Shown: in pieces, positions 29,655 through 37,935 of the stretch | Layout: each line of letters starts with the position of its first letter | Position numbering within the stretch: position 1 is the first letter of the stretch | Assembly: GCA_028707125.1 (NCBI GenBank) | Contig: JAQTUX010000001.1 | Location: forward strand, 468,142-532,141 | Origin: Candidatus Omnitrophota bacterium | Lineage (GTDB): Bacteria > Omnitrophota > Gorgyraeia > Gygaellales > JAQTUX01 | Direction: 5' to 3' | DNA: 64,000 nucleotides | Program-made: the position numbers and the translations under genes | Notes under the pieces: model-generated | Databases searched by the model: none | What the model saw: only the letters and a program-made list of their open reading frames with translations | What the model was told of the DNA's origin: nothing

Positions 29655-30869
29655 ATGGCAAAGATAGAAGAATATATACCTATTGTGGGGCAGTCCATCA
29701 TCGACGACCTGAGGCTGCTCGGCGAACGCCTGAAAGGCAAGGTCATCCAGCATATAAACTCTACTCCTGTAGGAGGCGGGGTCGCCGAGTTGTTAAACCG
29801 CATGGTCCCGTTGTTAAAAGAGCTGGCGGTAGACGCGAGGTGGGACGTAATAAAGGGCGGCGAGCAATTCTTTAACGTGACCAAGAGGTTCCATAACGCG
29901 CTGCACGGCAGGGCCGAGGATATAACACAAAGGGATTTTGAAGTATTCCTGGAGACCAGCAGGGAAAACATCGCGAATGTCAATACCTACGGGGATATTG
30001 TCTTTGTCCACGACCCGCAGCCGATAGCCCTGATAAAAAAGAGGTCCGAGAACAAATGGCTTTGGCGCTGCCATATTGATGTGTCTAATCCCGACAAAAA
30101 GGTCTGGGAGTTTCTAATGGATTTTATTATTCAGTATGACTCGGCGGTATTTTCCGCCCCGGCCTTCTCGCAAAAACTGCCGATAAGGCAATTCTTGATC
30201 TCTCCGTCCATCGACCCTTTAAGCGATAAGAACAAAGAGCTGCCGCGGGAGGTGATAGACGGCGTTTTACAAAAATATAATATCAGTAAAAATAAGCCGA
30301 TAATCACCCAGATATCCCGCTTTGACCGCCTGAAAGACCCTGTAGGTGTGATCGACGCGTATAAGCAGGTAAGAAGATATATCAATTGCCAGCTGGTTTT
30401 GGCCGGCGGCGCCGCGGAAGACGACCCGGAGGGCCTGAAGGTCCTTGAGGAAGTTAAAGAGAAGGCCAGGAATGATCCGGATATCCATATATTGCTTTTG
30501 CCTCAAAATGATATAGAGGTGAACGCGCTGCAAAGGGCCTCAGACGTCATTATCCAGAAGTCCCTGAGGGAAGGGTTCGGTTTAACGGTCGCCGAGGCCT
30601 TGTGGAAGGCAAAGCCGGTTGTGGCCTCCAATGTCGGCGGTATCCCTCTGCAAATAAAACATAAATACTCAGGGCTGCTTTGCCATTCTATTGAGGGGGC
30701 CAGTTTTGCCATAAAACAGCTCTTAAGCAGCCCTGAATACGCCGGAAAATTGGGAGAGAACGGGCGCGAACATATAAAAAACAATTTTTTAGTTACGAGG
30801 CACTTAAGAGATTATATGCTGCTGTTCCTTTCATTGTATTACCAGGAAGATGTCATTAACCTGTGTTGA
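29655..30869 (+). CDS. treT: trehalose glycosyltransferring synthase TreT (GT4)
   Basis: Blocks match archaeal/thermophile TreT almost residue for residue: VNSTPVGGGVAE, ARWDVIKG, FFNVTKRFHNALHG, VHDPQP, WLWRCHID, PSIDPLSDKN, KPIITQISRFDRLKDP, DDPEG, ALQRASDVIIQKSLREGFGLTVAEALWKAKPV, VGGIPLQI. Confidence 0.8.
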   Translation: MAKIEEYIPIVGQSIIDDLRLLGERLKGKVIQHINSTPVGGGVAELLNRMVPLLKELAVDARWDVIKGGEQFFNVTKRFHNALHGRAEDITQRDFEVFLETSRENIANVNTYGDIVFVHDPQPIALIKKRSENKWLWRCHIDVSNPDKKVWEFLMDFIIQYDSAVFSAPAFSQKLPIRQFLISPSIDPLSDKNKELPREVIDGVLQKYNISKNKPIITQISRFDRLKDPVGVIDAYKQVRRYINCQLVLAGGAAEDDPEGLKVLEEVKEKARNDPDIHILLLPQNDIEVNALQRASDVIIQKSLREGFGLTVAEALWKAKPVVASNVGGIPLQIKHKYSGLLCHSIEGASFAIKQLLSSPEYAGKLGENGREHIKNNFLVTRHLRDYMLLFLSLYYQEDVINLC

Positions 30870-30950
30870 TTTCGGCGGTTTTGACTTTGATTGACAGAGA
30901 TATATAGTAAAGGTAGAATAAGGGCTAAAGAAATACAGGCAGAGGTGATA

Positions 30951-31508
30951 AATATGAATAATATAGACGCCTTAAAGGCCAGGTTACTGGTTGTCTTGAA
31001 AGAAAAAAGTTTTCACAAGCAGAAGGTGAAGTTGGCCTCGGGGCTTGAGAGCGATTATTATATTGACGCCCGGGTCACTACTTTAAGCGCCGAAGGCGCC
31101 TACCTGGCGGCGAAGATAATGATAGAGATGGCTAAAGGAGAAAAGATAAAGGCGATAGGCGGCCCTACCCTCGGCGCGGACCCCCTTGCCGGCGCTATCG
31201 CCGCCGTGAGTTTTCAGGAAGGCGCTCCCATAGACACATTTATCGTAAGGAAGGCGGTTAAGGCGCACGGCAGGCAGAAACGCGTAGAAGGCGCCGCGTT
31301 AGAAAAGGGAGACGAGGTTATTTTGATAGACGATGTGGCGACCACGGGCGGCTCCCTCGTTGATGCCATAGGGGCGTTAAAAGAAATGGGCGTCAAGGTC
31401 AACAAGGTATTTTGCGTGGTTGACCGGCTGCAGGGAGCGGCAGAAAACCTGCGCAAGTCCGGCTGTGAACTTATTCCCATATTTACCTCAAAGGATTTCG
31501 GAGTATAA
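30951..31508 (+). CDS. pyrE: orotate phosphoribosyltransferase
   Basis: PRPP-binding motif VILIDDVATTGGSL and KLASGLESDYYID N-region. Start chosen at the Met after GAGGTG inside the longer ORF that begins at 30891. Confidence 0.75.
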   Translation, partial: NMNNIDALKARLLVVLKEKSFHKQKVKLASGLESDYYIDARVTTLSAEGAYLAAKIMIEMAKGEKIKAIGGPTLGADPLAGAIAAVSFQEGAPIDTFIVRKAVKAHGRQKRVEGAALEKGDEVILIDDVATTGGSLVDAIGALKEMGVKVNKVFCVVDRLQGAAENLRKSGCELIPIFTSKDFGV

Positions 31509-32282
31509 ATGTTAAGGGGCATTTTCGCGTCAGTCCTCGCGTTTTCCCTATGCGGCTGTATCACGGAGTACAACATCGCCACGCGGCAGGAGGAGTTGAT
31601 ATATTACAGCACGGAGAAAGAGGGGCGGTTAGGCGCCTCAGTGGCGGCGGCGATCGAGAAGGAATACAAATTAGCGGAAGACCCTCTGGTGCAGGAACGC
31701 GTGCGGCGGATAGGAGAGCGTATCGCGGCCGTTTCCGACCGCAAAGACATAAAGTATCATTTTAAGGTCATAGATGAGGACGAAGTTAACGCCGTGTCAT
31801 TGCCCGGCGGATATGTCTATTGTTTCAGCGGGCTGATCGAGAAGATAGAGACCGACGACCAGCTGGCCGCGGTGCTGGCGCATGAAGTGGCGCACATTGC
31901 CGCCAAGCACAGCATAAAGAAACTCCAGGCGGCGATGGGATATTCGCTTCTGCGCGTCGCGCTCGCGCAGGCAGGGGATGCCAATGCCGCGGCAGGCATT
32001 GACGCCGCGGTAAATCAGGCATTCCTGGGTTATTCCCGTGAGGATGAACTTCAGGCCGATACGTTAGGCGTTAAATACACCCGGCTCGCGGGATATGACC
32101 CCGACGCGGCGCTGGGGGTCCTTGAGATACTGGAGAAAGAAGGCAGGAAAAGGCCCGCCGGAAGCAAGTCCTACTTTCGCACCCATCCCTATATCCCCGA
32201 CCGCATAAGAGTGGTCAGGCAGGGGCTGGGCGAAGACATGAGTTTTACGGACTATATCAACATCGAGCAGGAAGTGAAATGA
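31509..32282 (+). CDS. M48-family zinc metalloprotease lipoprotein (BepA/Ste24-like)
   Basis: Lipobox ...SLCGC, HExxH motif LAHEVAHIAAKH and downstream Glu ligand region. Confidence 0.7.
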   Translation: MLRGIFASVLAFSLCGCITEYNIATRQEELIYYSTEKEGRLGASVAAAIEKEYKLAEDPLVQERVRRIGERIAAVSDRKDIKYHFKVIDEDEVNAVSLPGGYVYCFSGLIEKIETDDQLAAVLAHEVAHIAAKHSIKKLQAAMGYSLLRVALAQAGDANAAAGIDAAVNQAFLGYSREDELQADTLGVKYTRLAGYDPDAALGVLEILEKEGRKRPAGSKSYFRTHPYIPDRIRVVRQGLGEDMSFTDYINIEQEVK

Positions 32283-32659
32283 AAAACAATAAGGCGTTCA
32301 CTCTCGCGGAATTGATATTAGCCGCCGCGATAACGGCGTTTGCCTTCAGCGCCATACTTCTGGGCATATTGACTTATTCGCTGATAGGCAAGAAGGCGCG
32401 GCAGATCACTATCGCCACCGGCCATGCCGAATACGTCCTGGAGGAGATAAAGGATTCCACGATCTCTGCTATACAATCAACCGACTGGGCGCAGTGGGCC
32501 CGGGATGAAGGGCTGGATGATTTAGATAGAGGGGATGATCTTGAGGCAATAACCGTATCCACGTCAGGGACGAATCCCCTCCTTGTTCAGGTTACTGTCA
32601 GTTGGGATGAAGACGGGGCATCCAGAAGCATAGATTTTTACACAAAGGTCGCGGAATGA
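32279..32659 (+). CDS. prepilin-type N-terminal cleavage/methylation domain protein (pseudopilin)
   Basis: KAFTLAELILAAAITAF class III signal peptide. Confidence 0.55.
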   Translation: MKNNKAFTLAELILAAAITAFAFSAILLGILTYSLIGKKARQITIATGHAEYVLEEIKDSTISAIQSTDWAQWARDEGLDDLDRGDDLEAITVSTSGTNPLLVQVTVSWDEDGASRSIDFYTKVAE

Positions 32660-33141
32660 GAGTGGGGAATAAAAAAAACGGTTTTACGCTGGTAGAGGCC
32701 ATGATAGTGGTCTTGATATTTTCTTTTATTGTCGCCGCCATATCCGGCGTCCTGCTGGCAGGTAATCAATCGCTGAAGGCAAATTACGCCTCATTCATAG
32801 TCCAGCAGCAGGGGCGCGGCTCCCTGTTGAAGATCGCGAGGGAATTGAGGAAGGCCTCAGGGGTGTCGCTTGTTTCTCAAGGGGCGGATTCTATCACCTA
32901 TCAGGCAAAGGATGCGTTGGGCGCTTCCTATGAAGCCGCTATCTATCTTAACGAGGAAAGCGGCAAGATCATGAAGAGCGTAGGCGGTGTTGATACCGCG
33001 ACCATAGCGGGGGAAATATCAGGCCTGGCTTTTTATACGCAAGGCAACACCGTGAAAATAGAGGTTACGTCCCAAAAGACAGTCCTGGGCAGGACGCATA
33101 CCTTTACTCTCGCGGGCAGGGCGCGGGTGAGGAACCTATGA
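32656..33141 (+). CDS. prepilin-type N-terminal cleavage/methylation domain protein (pseudopilin)
   Basis: GFTLVEAMIVVLIF class III signal peptide. Confidence 0.55.
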   Translation: MRVGNKKNGFTLVEAMIVVLIFSFIVAAISGVLLAGNQSLKANYASFIVQQQGRGSLLKIARELRKASGVSLVSQGADSITYQAKDALGASYEAAIYLNEESGKIMKSVGGVDTATIAGEISGLAFYTQGNTVKIEVTSQKTVLGRTHTFTLAGRARVRNL

Positions 33142-34280
33142 GAATAGTCGGCGATAAAAAAGGCGCCGTGCTTATATTCTGCTATTTTGTAATAGCCATG
33201 CTGGCTATAGCGGGCGCCGGGATCTTCGGCTTTGGCATCGTCGAGTTAAGGTCCGCTTCCGTATACCGCGATTCTACCAAGGCATTCTGGCTGGCAGAGG
33301 GGGGCCTGCAAGAGGCATTTTATCAGTTAAGACAGGATATCAACTGGGCGCCTGAACCGGTATCCTTCGGCGGCTTCACGGATGGTTCGGCATCGGTAAC
33401 GGTTGAAAACCTGGGCAGTAAACTCAACATTGTTTCGGTGGGCAATTATGCTTCGCCTCAGGCCACGTTCAATCGCGCGGTCTCGGCTGACGCCTATTTG
33501 ATCCCTTCTCCCGCCGAGAACACCATTTCTTCCGGAGGCGACCTTGGCCTGTGGGGCGTATTTTCCGATTTAAGGGTGCACGACAAGACGAGGATAAGCG
33601 GAGAATTTGAAGAAAGCGGCCCCGGGGCGCAGAGCTGGTTTGAAGACAAGCAGGAGGGCGTAAACTCCGATCACACCACGCTTAAGATACCGGATATGAA
33701 CGATAACGGAACCGCCGATGAATTTGACGATTTCGTGCTTTTTGCCAGGGACGCGGTCGCGTCAGAGGACCCGGACGATGTGGTGTATATCCAGTCAAAT
33801 AACGCGGTGCTTGTCTTCCCCGACGAGGACCTTGTCGGCAAGAAGATCGTATATGTGGAGGGTTCAACTCCGGGGAGCGGAGATATAAGTATAATATTTG
33901 ACGGCACCTGGCAGGACGGCGAGGACCTGACATTTATTTCAACCGGGGACATAACCTATCTGGAGCCGCTGCAGTTCCAGTCAGAGGCGCGCCTGAGCAC
34001 CATGTCCTGGGAGGATTATTCAGAGACGGCGATATTTATCAGCGCGCATGAAAGCGTGAACTACTCGCACGGGCAGAGCAATTTTGTCGATATATTTGAA
34101 TGGGGCTCAACCACGGGCAACGTTATCTCCAACGGCGGCATCTCATTCACTGAGGTGTTGACTTACAAGGAGTTTTATTTCAGCGACAGGTTTATGAACG
34201 GAGATTTCCCTCCGGGTTTTTACGGCCTGATCGCGGCCGGACAGCTGGGAGACGGCCTGTCTGACTGGAGGGAAGAGTAG
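33138..34280 (+). CDS. minor pilin / PilX-like protein (N-terminal TM anchor)
   Basis: Translationally coupled to the two pseudopilin genes. Hydrophobic N-terminus, then an Asp/Gly-rich extracellular region. Confidence 0.35.
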   Translation: MRIVGDKKGAVLIFCYFVIAMLAIAGAGIFGFGIVELRSASVYRDSTKAFWLAEGGLQEAFYQLRQDINWAPEPVSFGGFTDGSASVTVENLGSKLNIVSVGNYASPQATFNRAVSADAYLIPSPAENTISSGGDLGLWGVFSDLRVHDKTRISGEFEESGPGAQSWFEDKQEGVNSDHTTLKIPDMNDNGTADEFDDFVLFARDAVASEDPDDVVYIQSNNAVLVFPDEDLVGKKIVYVEGSTPGSGDISIIFDGTWQDGEDLTFISTGDITYLEPLQFQSEARLSTMSWEDYSETAIFISAHESVNYSHGQSNFVDIFEWGSTTGNVISNGGISFTEVLTYKEFYFSDRFMNGDFPPGFYGLIAAGQLGDGLSDWREE

Positions 34281-34787
34281 ATGATGAAGGCCGGGAAATC
34301 CCATATCGTATTTTTGATCGCCGCGGCCGGGCTGGCGCTCATCATTTTCTATTTTATATCGTCCATTACGGAGAAAGCACAACTTGAGAATATAGAACCC
34401 GTTCCGTCGGAGGCGCGGAAGATAGAGGCGCCGAGGCGAACGCTTATTCCTTCGCGGCCGGAGGACTATGGAATGATAGCGCTTTCTCCCGTTAACAGCC
34501 CGCGGGACCAGGGGCAGTGGGATGGGCTGATGATGAGCAAGGTGTCGGAGCTTAGAAGCGGATTGAAAGAGGGCCAGGTTGGAGCGATAAAGAAAGCTGT
34601 CGCCGAAGACCCCAGGAGGTCGCGGGAGAAGTTAAAGCTGGTTGATTCAAAGATCGAAGAGATGAAAGTGGTCTTATCATCGGACCCGAATAACGAGCAG
34701 GCGGCAGAGCGCCTGCGGAACCTGATGGCTTTAAAAAGTATCCACAAGGCAATGAAGGAAAACTTCGGCGCGGAAAAGGAGAGGTGA
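34281..34787 (+). CDS. hypothetical membrane-anchored protein
   Basis: Single N-terminal TM helix, charged coiled region, coupled to the pilin genes. Confidence 0.25.
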   Translation: MMKAGKSHIVFLIAAAGLALIIFYFISSITEKAQLENIEPVPSEARKIEAPRRTLIPSRPEDYGMIALSPVNSPRDQGQWDGLMMSKVSELRSGLKEGQVGAIKKAVAEDPRRSREKLKLVDSKIEEMKVVLSSDPNNEQAAERLRNLMALKSIHKAMKENFGAEKER

Positions 34788-35218
34788 AGATGGCGAAATT
34801 GTTAACGGTAGCGGCGGTGTTGTTCGGTTTGTTGGGCTGCGCTTCAGTCAGGAAGGAAACCAGGGACGCGCAGATCCAGCAGCTTCAAACGCAGGTCAGC
34901 GATCTAAGCGGTGAGCTTCAGAAAAAGGACGAAGAGATCGGTTATTTAGAGCGGCAGCTGGCAGCGGCCCAGACCCAAAGGGAAGAGATTACCTCCGCGC
35001 GGGAACGCGCGCCAAAAAAATCGCTGGACAGCAAAAAGAGGACCCGTAAGAACATTCAGCTCGCCCTGAAGAAGGCCGGCTATTATAAGGGCGAGATTGA
35101 CGGCAAACTGGGGAAGGCGACAAAAAAGGCTGTCAGGGATTTTCAAAAGGCCAATGGTTTGAGCGCGGATGGGATAGTAGGAAAGGCGACCTGGGCCAAG
35201 TTAAGCGGGCATTTGTAA
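34784..35218 (+). CDS. lipoprotein with coiled-coil and peptidoglycan-binding (PG_binding_1) domain
   Basis: Lipobox LLGCAS, coiled-coil QLQTQVSDLSGELQKKDEEIGYLERQL and C-terminal GKLGKATKKAVRDFQKANGLSADGIVGKATW. Confidence 0.5.
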   Translation: MKMAKLLTVAAVLFGLLGCASVRKETRDAQIQQLQTQVSDLSGELQKKDEEIGYLERQLAAAQTQREEITSARERAPKKSLDSKKRTRKNIQLALKKAGYYKGEIDGKLGKATKKAVRDFQKANGLSADGIVGKATWAKLSGHL

Positions 35219-35245
35219 TAAACAGCGGCTTGGAGGAAAACAGAC

Positions 35246-36238
35246 ATGTTGAAGACAATGAGATCCCCGAGGTTTCTGGCGTGTTCCCTGATGATGATCG
35301 TATTCTTCTGCGCGAGCAATGCTTTTACCTATGCTAAAGATAGAGAGGGAAAGCGCGAAAAAGAATCAAAGGAACTGCAAAAACGTTTTGAATGGTGGCC
35401 TACCGACGCCAAACCCGCTCCCGTAAAAGACCCCGCGATGGGAGGATACTGGTGGATGCCGACAGAGCCGGGGACTGCCCGCCCCTGGGGCAACCGTGGC
35501 TACATTTATGTCTATAAAATAATCTTTGACTATAAGGAGGAAGAGCTCCCGCCGCCCAAGCCGCAGGAGCCGAGGGCGGCCCTGCTTATAAAGAAGATCA
35601 TCAAGAACGTAAAGATCTATTTTGATTACGATAAGTCCGAATTGCGCGACGACGCGGTGGATATACTGGAAAACGCCGTCAGGGTATTGGGAAGGAACCC
35701 CGATGCCAGCGTCCTCATAACCGGCAACTGCGATCTCCGCGGCTCGGAGGCATACAATGAAAAACTGGGGCGAAGGCGGGGGGAGGCGGTAAGAAGATTT
35801 ATGCTGGATAATGGTATCCCCGAAGAGAGGATACGCATAGTCAGCCGCGGCAAGCTGGACGCGATAGCGCACGTAGACGACCTCGTGGGCATGCAGAAAG
35901 ACAGGAACGCGCAGTTCACCATCGCCGAGGTGAAAGAGGTGATGATCCCCTATGGCGGCGAGGGAGAACAGGCCGCCGCGGAAGCGGAAGATATCTCGCA
36001 GGCGCAGGAGATAGAAGACGGCAAATACCTTATTGAAAAAGAGCAGGAAGTGACGTCTGAGGTGAGGATCTCCACAAAGGAATACAGGGTCAAGAAAGGC
36101 GATACGCTTTCAAGCATAGCCAAGGAGCAGCTGGGCAAGGCGCACCGCTGGAAATATCTTTACGAATTGAATAAAGACAGGATCAAAGACCCCAATAAGC
36201 TCAAGGCAGGGCAGGAGATTGTCATTCCAGTAGAATAA
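35246..36238 (+). CDS. OmpA-family protein with C-terminal LysM domain
   Basis: OmpA_C motif NPDASVLITGNCDLRGSEAYNEKLGRRRGEAVRRFM, and LysM YRVKKGDTLSSIAKEQLG...AGQEIVIP. Confidence 0.75.
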   Translation: MLKTMRSPRFLACSLMMIVFFCASNAFTYAKDREGKREKESKELQKRFEWWPTDAKPAPVKDPAMGGYWWMPTEPGTARPWGNRGYIYVYKIIFDYKEEELPPPKPQEPRAALLIKKIIKNVKIYFDYDKSELRDDAVDILENAVRVLGRNPDASVLITGNCDLRGSEAYNEKLGRRRGEAVRRFMLDNGIPEERIRIVSRGKLDAIAHVDDLVGMQKDRNAQFTIAEVKEVMIPYGGEGEQAAAEAEDISQAQEIEDGKYLIEKEQEVTSEVRISTKEYRVKKGDTLSSIAKEQLGKAHRWKYLYELNKDRIKDPNKLKAGQEIVIPVE

Positions 36239-36240
36239 AT

Positions 36241-36259
36241 AGTGCGGAAGGAGAGATTT
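36241..36259. repeat. 19-bp direct repeat agtgcggaaggagagattt (attL-like; copy of the tRNA-Leu 3' end)
   Basis: Identical to 40906-40924, which covers the last 17 nt of tRNA-Leu plus 2 nt. Confidence 0.8.
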
Positions 36260-36330
36260 ACCCGACCATCGTGCCACATAGGTCGGGATCCCGCCGAGAA
36301 TTAGACAAGTAGCGGGAGAACTCTCACAGA

Positions 36331-36700
36331 GCTATGGTGTCCTTCATCTGAGGAATGCCCAAAAGGCCGTTTGTCAATTAACCTACTCGATTCAATCCTA
36401 CTACAACCATACAAATCAATCAAGAGAATAGTCCCCGCGGGCTAGGCCGCTCGCTTCTTGCTAATGCAATGCGTGTTCGGCTCGGCTTGGGGCTGGCGGC
36501 GGGCGGCGGCGCCAGCCCCAAGCGTCCTAGCTTTCAATCCTTTTAAAACCTACCTATGCTCGGCCACTATGCCGCATTCACCAAATAAAAAACTCGGCGG
36601 TGCGGCATGCCGAGCTTCTTGGTGGAAAACTTAGTATTCTCCTTACCAGAACTAATACTAACTATACTTGCGTCTTGAGATTAAAAGAGTTACAATGAAA
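36331..36700 (+). repeat. left ~370-bp inverted repeat of the module; carries an outward-terminating hairpin and an inward promoter
   Basis: Reverse complement of 40380-40815, apart from a ~70-bp internal tandem duplication in the right copy. ctgaggaatgcccaaaaggccgtttgtcaattaacc...gagttacaatgaaaac. Confidence 0.85.
36668..36696 (+). promoter_or_regulatory. sigma70-like promoter TTGCGT-17-TACAAT inside the left IR; ATG of 36703 lies ~7 nt after the -10 (leaderless-like)
   Basis: Hexamers and spacing read directly from the sequence. An identical promoter sits in the right IR facing inward. Confidence 0.5.
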
Positions 36701-36702
36701 AC

Positions 36703-37935
36703 ATGGAAAATTATGTAAAGGAAATGTATTTGGATATTGTTAAGTCAAAAATTGCTGCCTATAAAATCCTTAATTTTGGTGATAAGTTTTCTTTAAAAGC
36801 ACCTTCTAAAATTAACTGTAAAGATTTTAAAGAGCTTATTGCAAAGCTTGAAAATGAGACTTTACAAGATGGTGCAATAGTCACTTTAGATGGTTATTTT
36901 TCAAATTATGCCCAAATGTATTTCCCATTGACATATATGCCTTCAATCCCGTCTGTGGCTAAAATAGAGGAAATTGAAGAAGCACATCAAATCACGGAGG
37001 ATATTATTATTCCTCGAGTAAAAGGAAACTTGCAGTTTTCGTTCAAGAGTTTTCAATTACCAATAGAAAATATTCCGGTTTTAAATATTGAAAATAGACA
37101 GTGGAAAATTGGATTCTTGTATCCTAAGGAATTTTCGGGTTTTAATTTTGAAGAAGATAAAACACCTGAGAAGAATAAATTAAGAGAGCTACGCTTAAAA
37201 ATCCCCTCTTCCGCAACACCGGTTTTGGTTCTTTATGACAATTCTGTTTATTCTCAATTTACGGAAAGCGACGTAATAATTACCGCACAAGTTGCCGTCT
37301 TGGACAAAGCGCTTGTTGATGAATTCGGATGTTGTTTAGGGGACTTACAGTATTTATTACAAAGGAATTCATTTTTTAGAAAAAAGGAAGATACTAATGC
37401 CTTATGTTTAATCCTTAACAAATTCACTGGCGGGATAAAAAATAGTGTAAAACGAGAAGTCGAGGGGACTTTGTTATTGGAAGCATATTTTAGAAAGGAG
37501 ATGCATGTAACTGAACAAGGTTTATCAAAAGCCTTACCCAATGCTCCTGGTGGCTTGCGTATAGCTAATTACCCGCCTTATGCACAAGCAGGATATGGGG
37601 CAAGTATACCTACCAATAAAGTTAATTTTGTTTTACGCCAACCGTTAACCTTCTCAATCTTAACTAATTCGTCAGTTAATAAAGAAGTTTTGTTAAAAGA
37701 CATTGAGTTAATGCGCATACATTTTATGCTATTTATTCGTAATATATGCGCAATAAAAGCGAGCGAGCGTAAAATTAGTCTTTCTCCTCCCGATATATTT
37801 TTCTTATCTTCAATATATGAAAAGAGTTTATTCGGAATAGATAATTTCTTGAAAGCTGCAGGCGGAATTGAAGGAGTTAAAGGATTGGCAGGCTTTAATG
37901 AAACTAGAAACTGGCTTTGGGACTTCTGTTCTTAA
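36703..37935 (+). CDS. hypothetical protein (410 aa), AT-rich, no recognisable domain
   Basis: Long ORF, AT-rich composition unlike its flanks, promoter immediately upstream, and a 4-nt stop overlap with the convergent partner. Confidence 0.5.
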   Translation: MENYVKEMYLDIVKSKIAAYKILNFGDKFSLKAPSKINCKDFKELIAKLENETLQDGAIVTLDGYFSNYAQMYFPLTYMPSIPSVAKIEEIEEAHQITEDIIIPRVKGNLQFSFKSFQLPIENIPVLNIENRQWKIGFLYPKEFSGFNFEEDKTPEKNKLRELRLKIPSSATPVLVLYDNSVYSQFTESDVIITAQVAVLDKALVDEFGCCLGDLQYLLQRNSFFRKKEDTNALCLILNKFTGGIKNSVKREVEGTLLLEAYFRKEMHVTEQGLSKALPNAPGGLRIANYPPYAQAGYGASIPTNKVNFVLRQPLTFSILTNSSVNKEVLLKDIELMRIHFMLFIRNICAIKASERKISLSPPDIFFLSSIYEKSLFGIDNFLKAAGGIEGVKGLAGFNETRNWLWDFCS

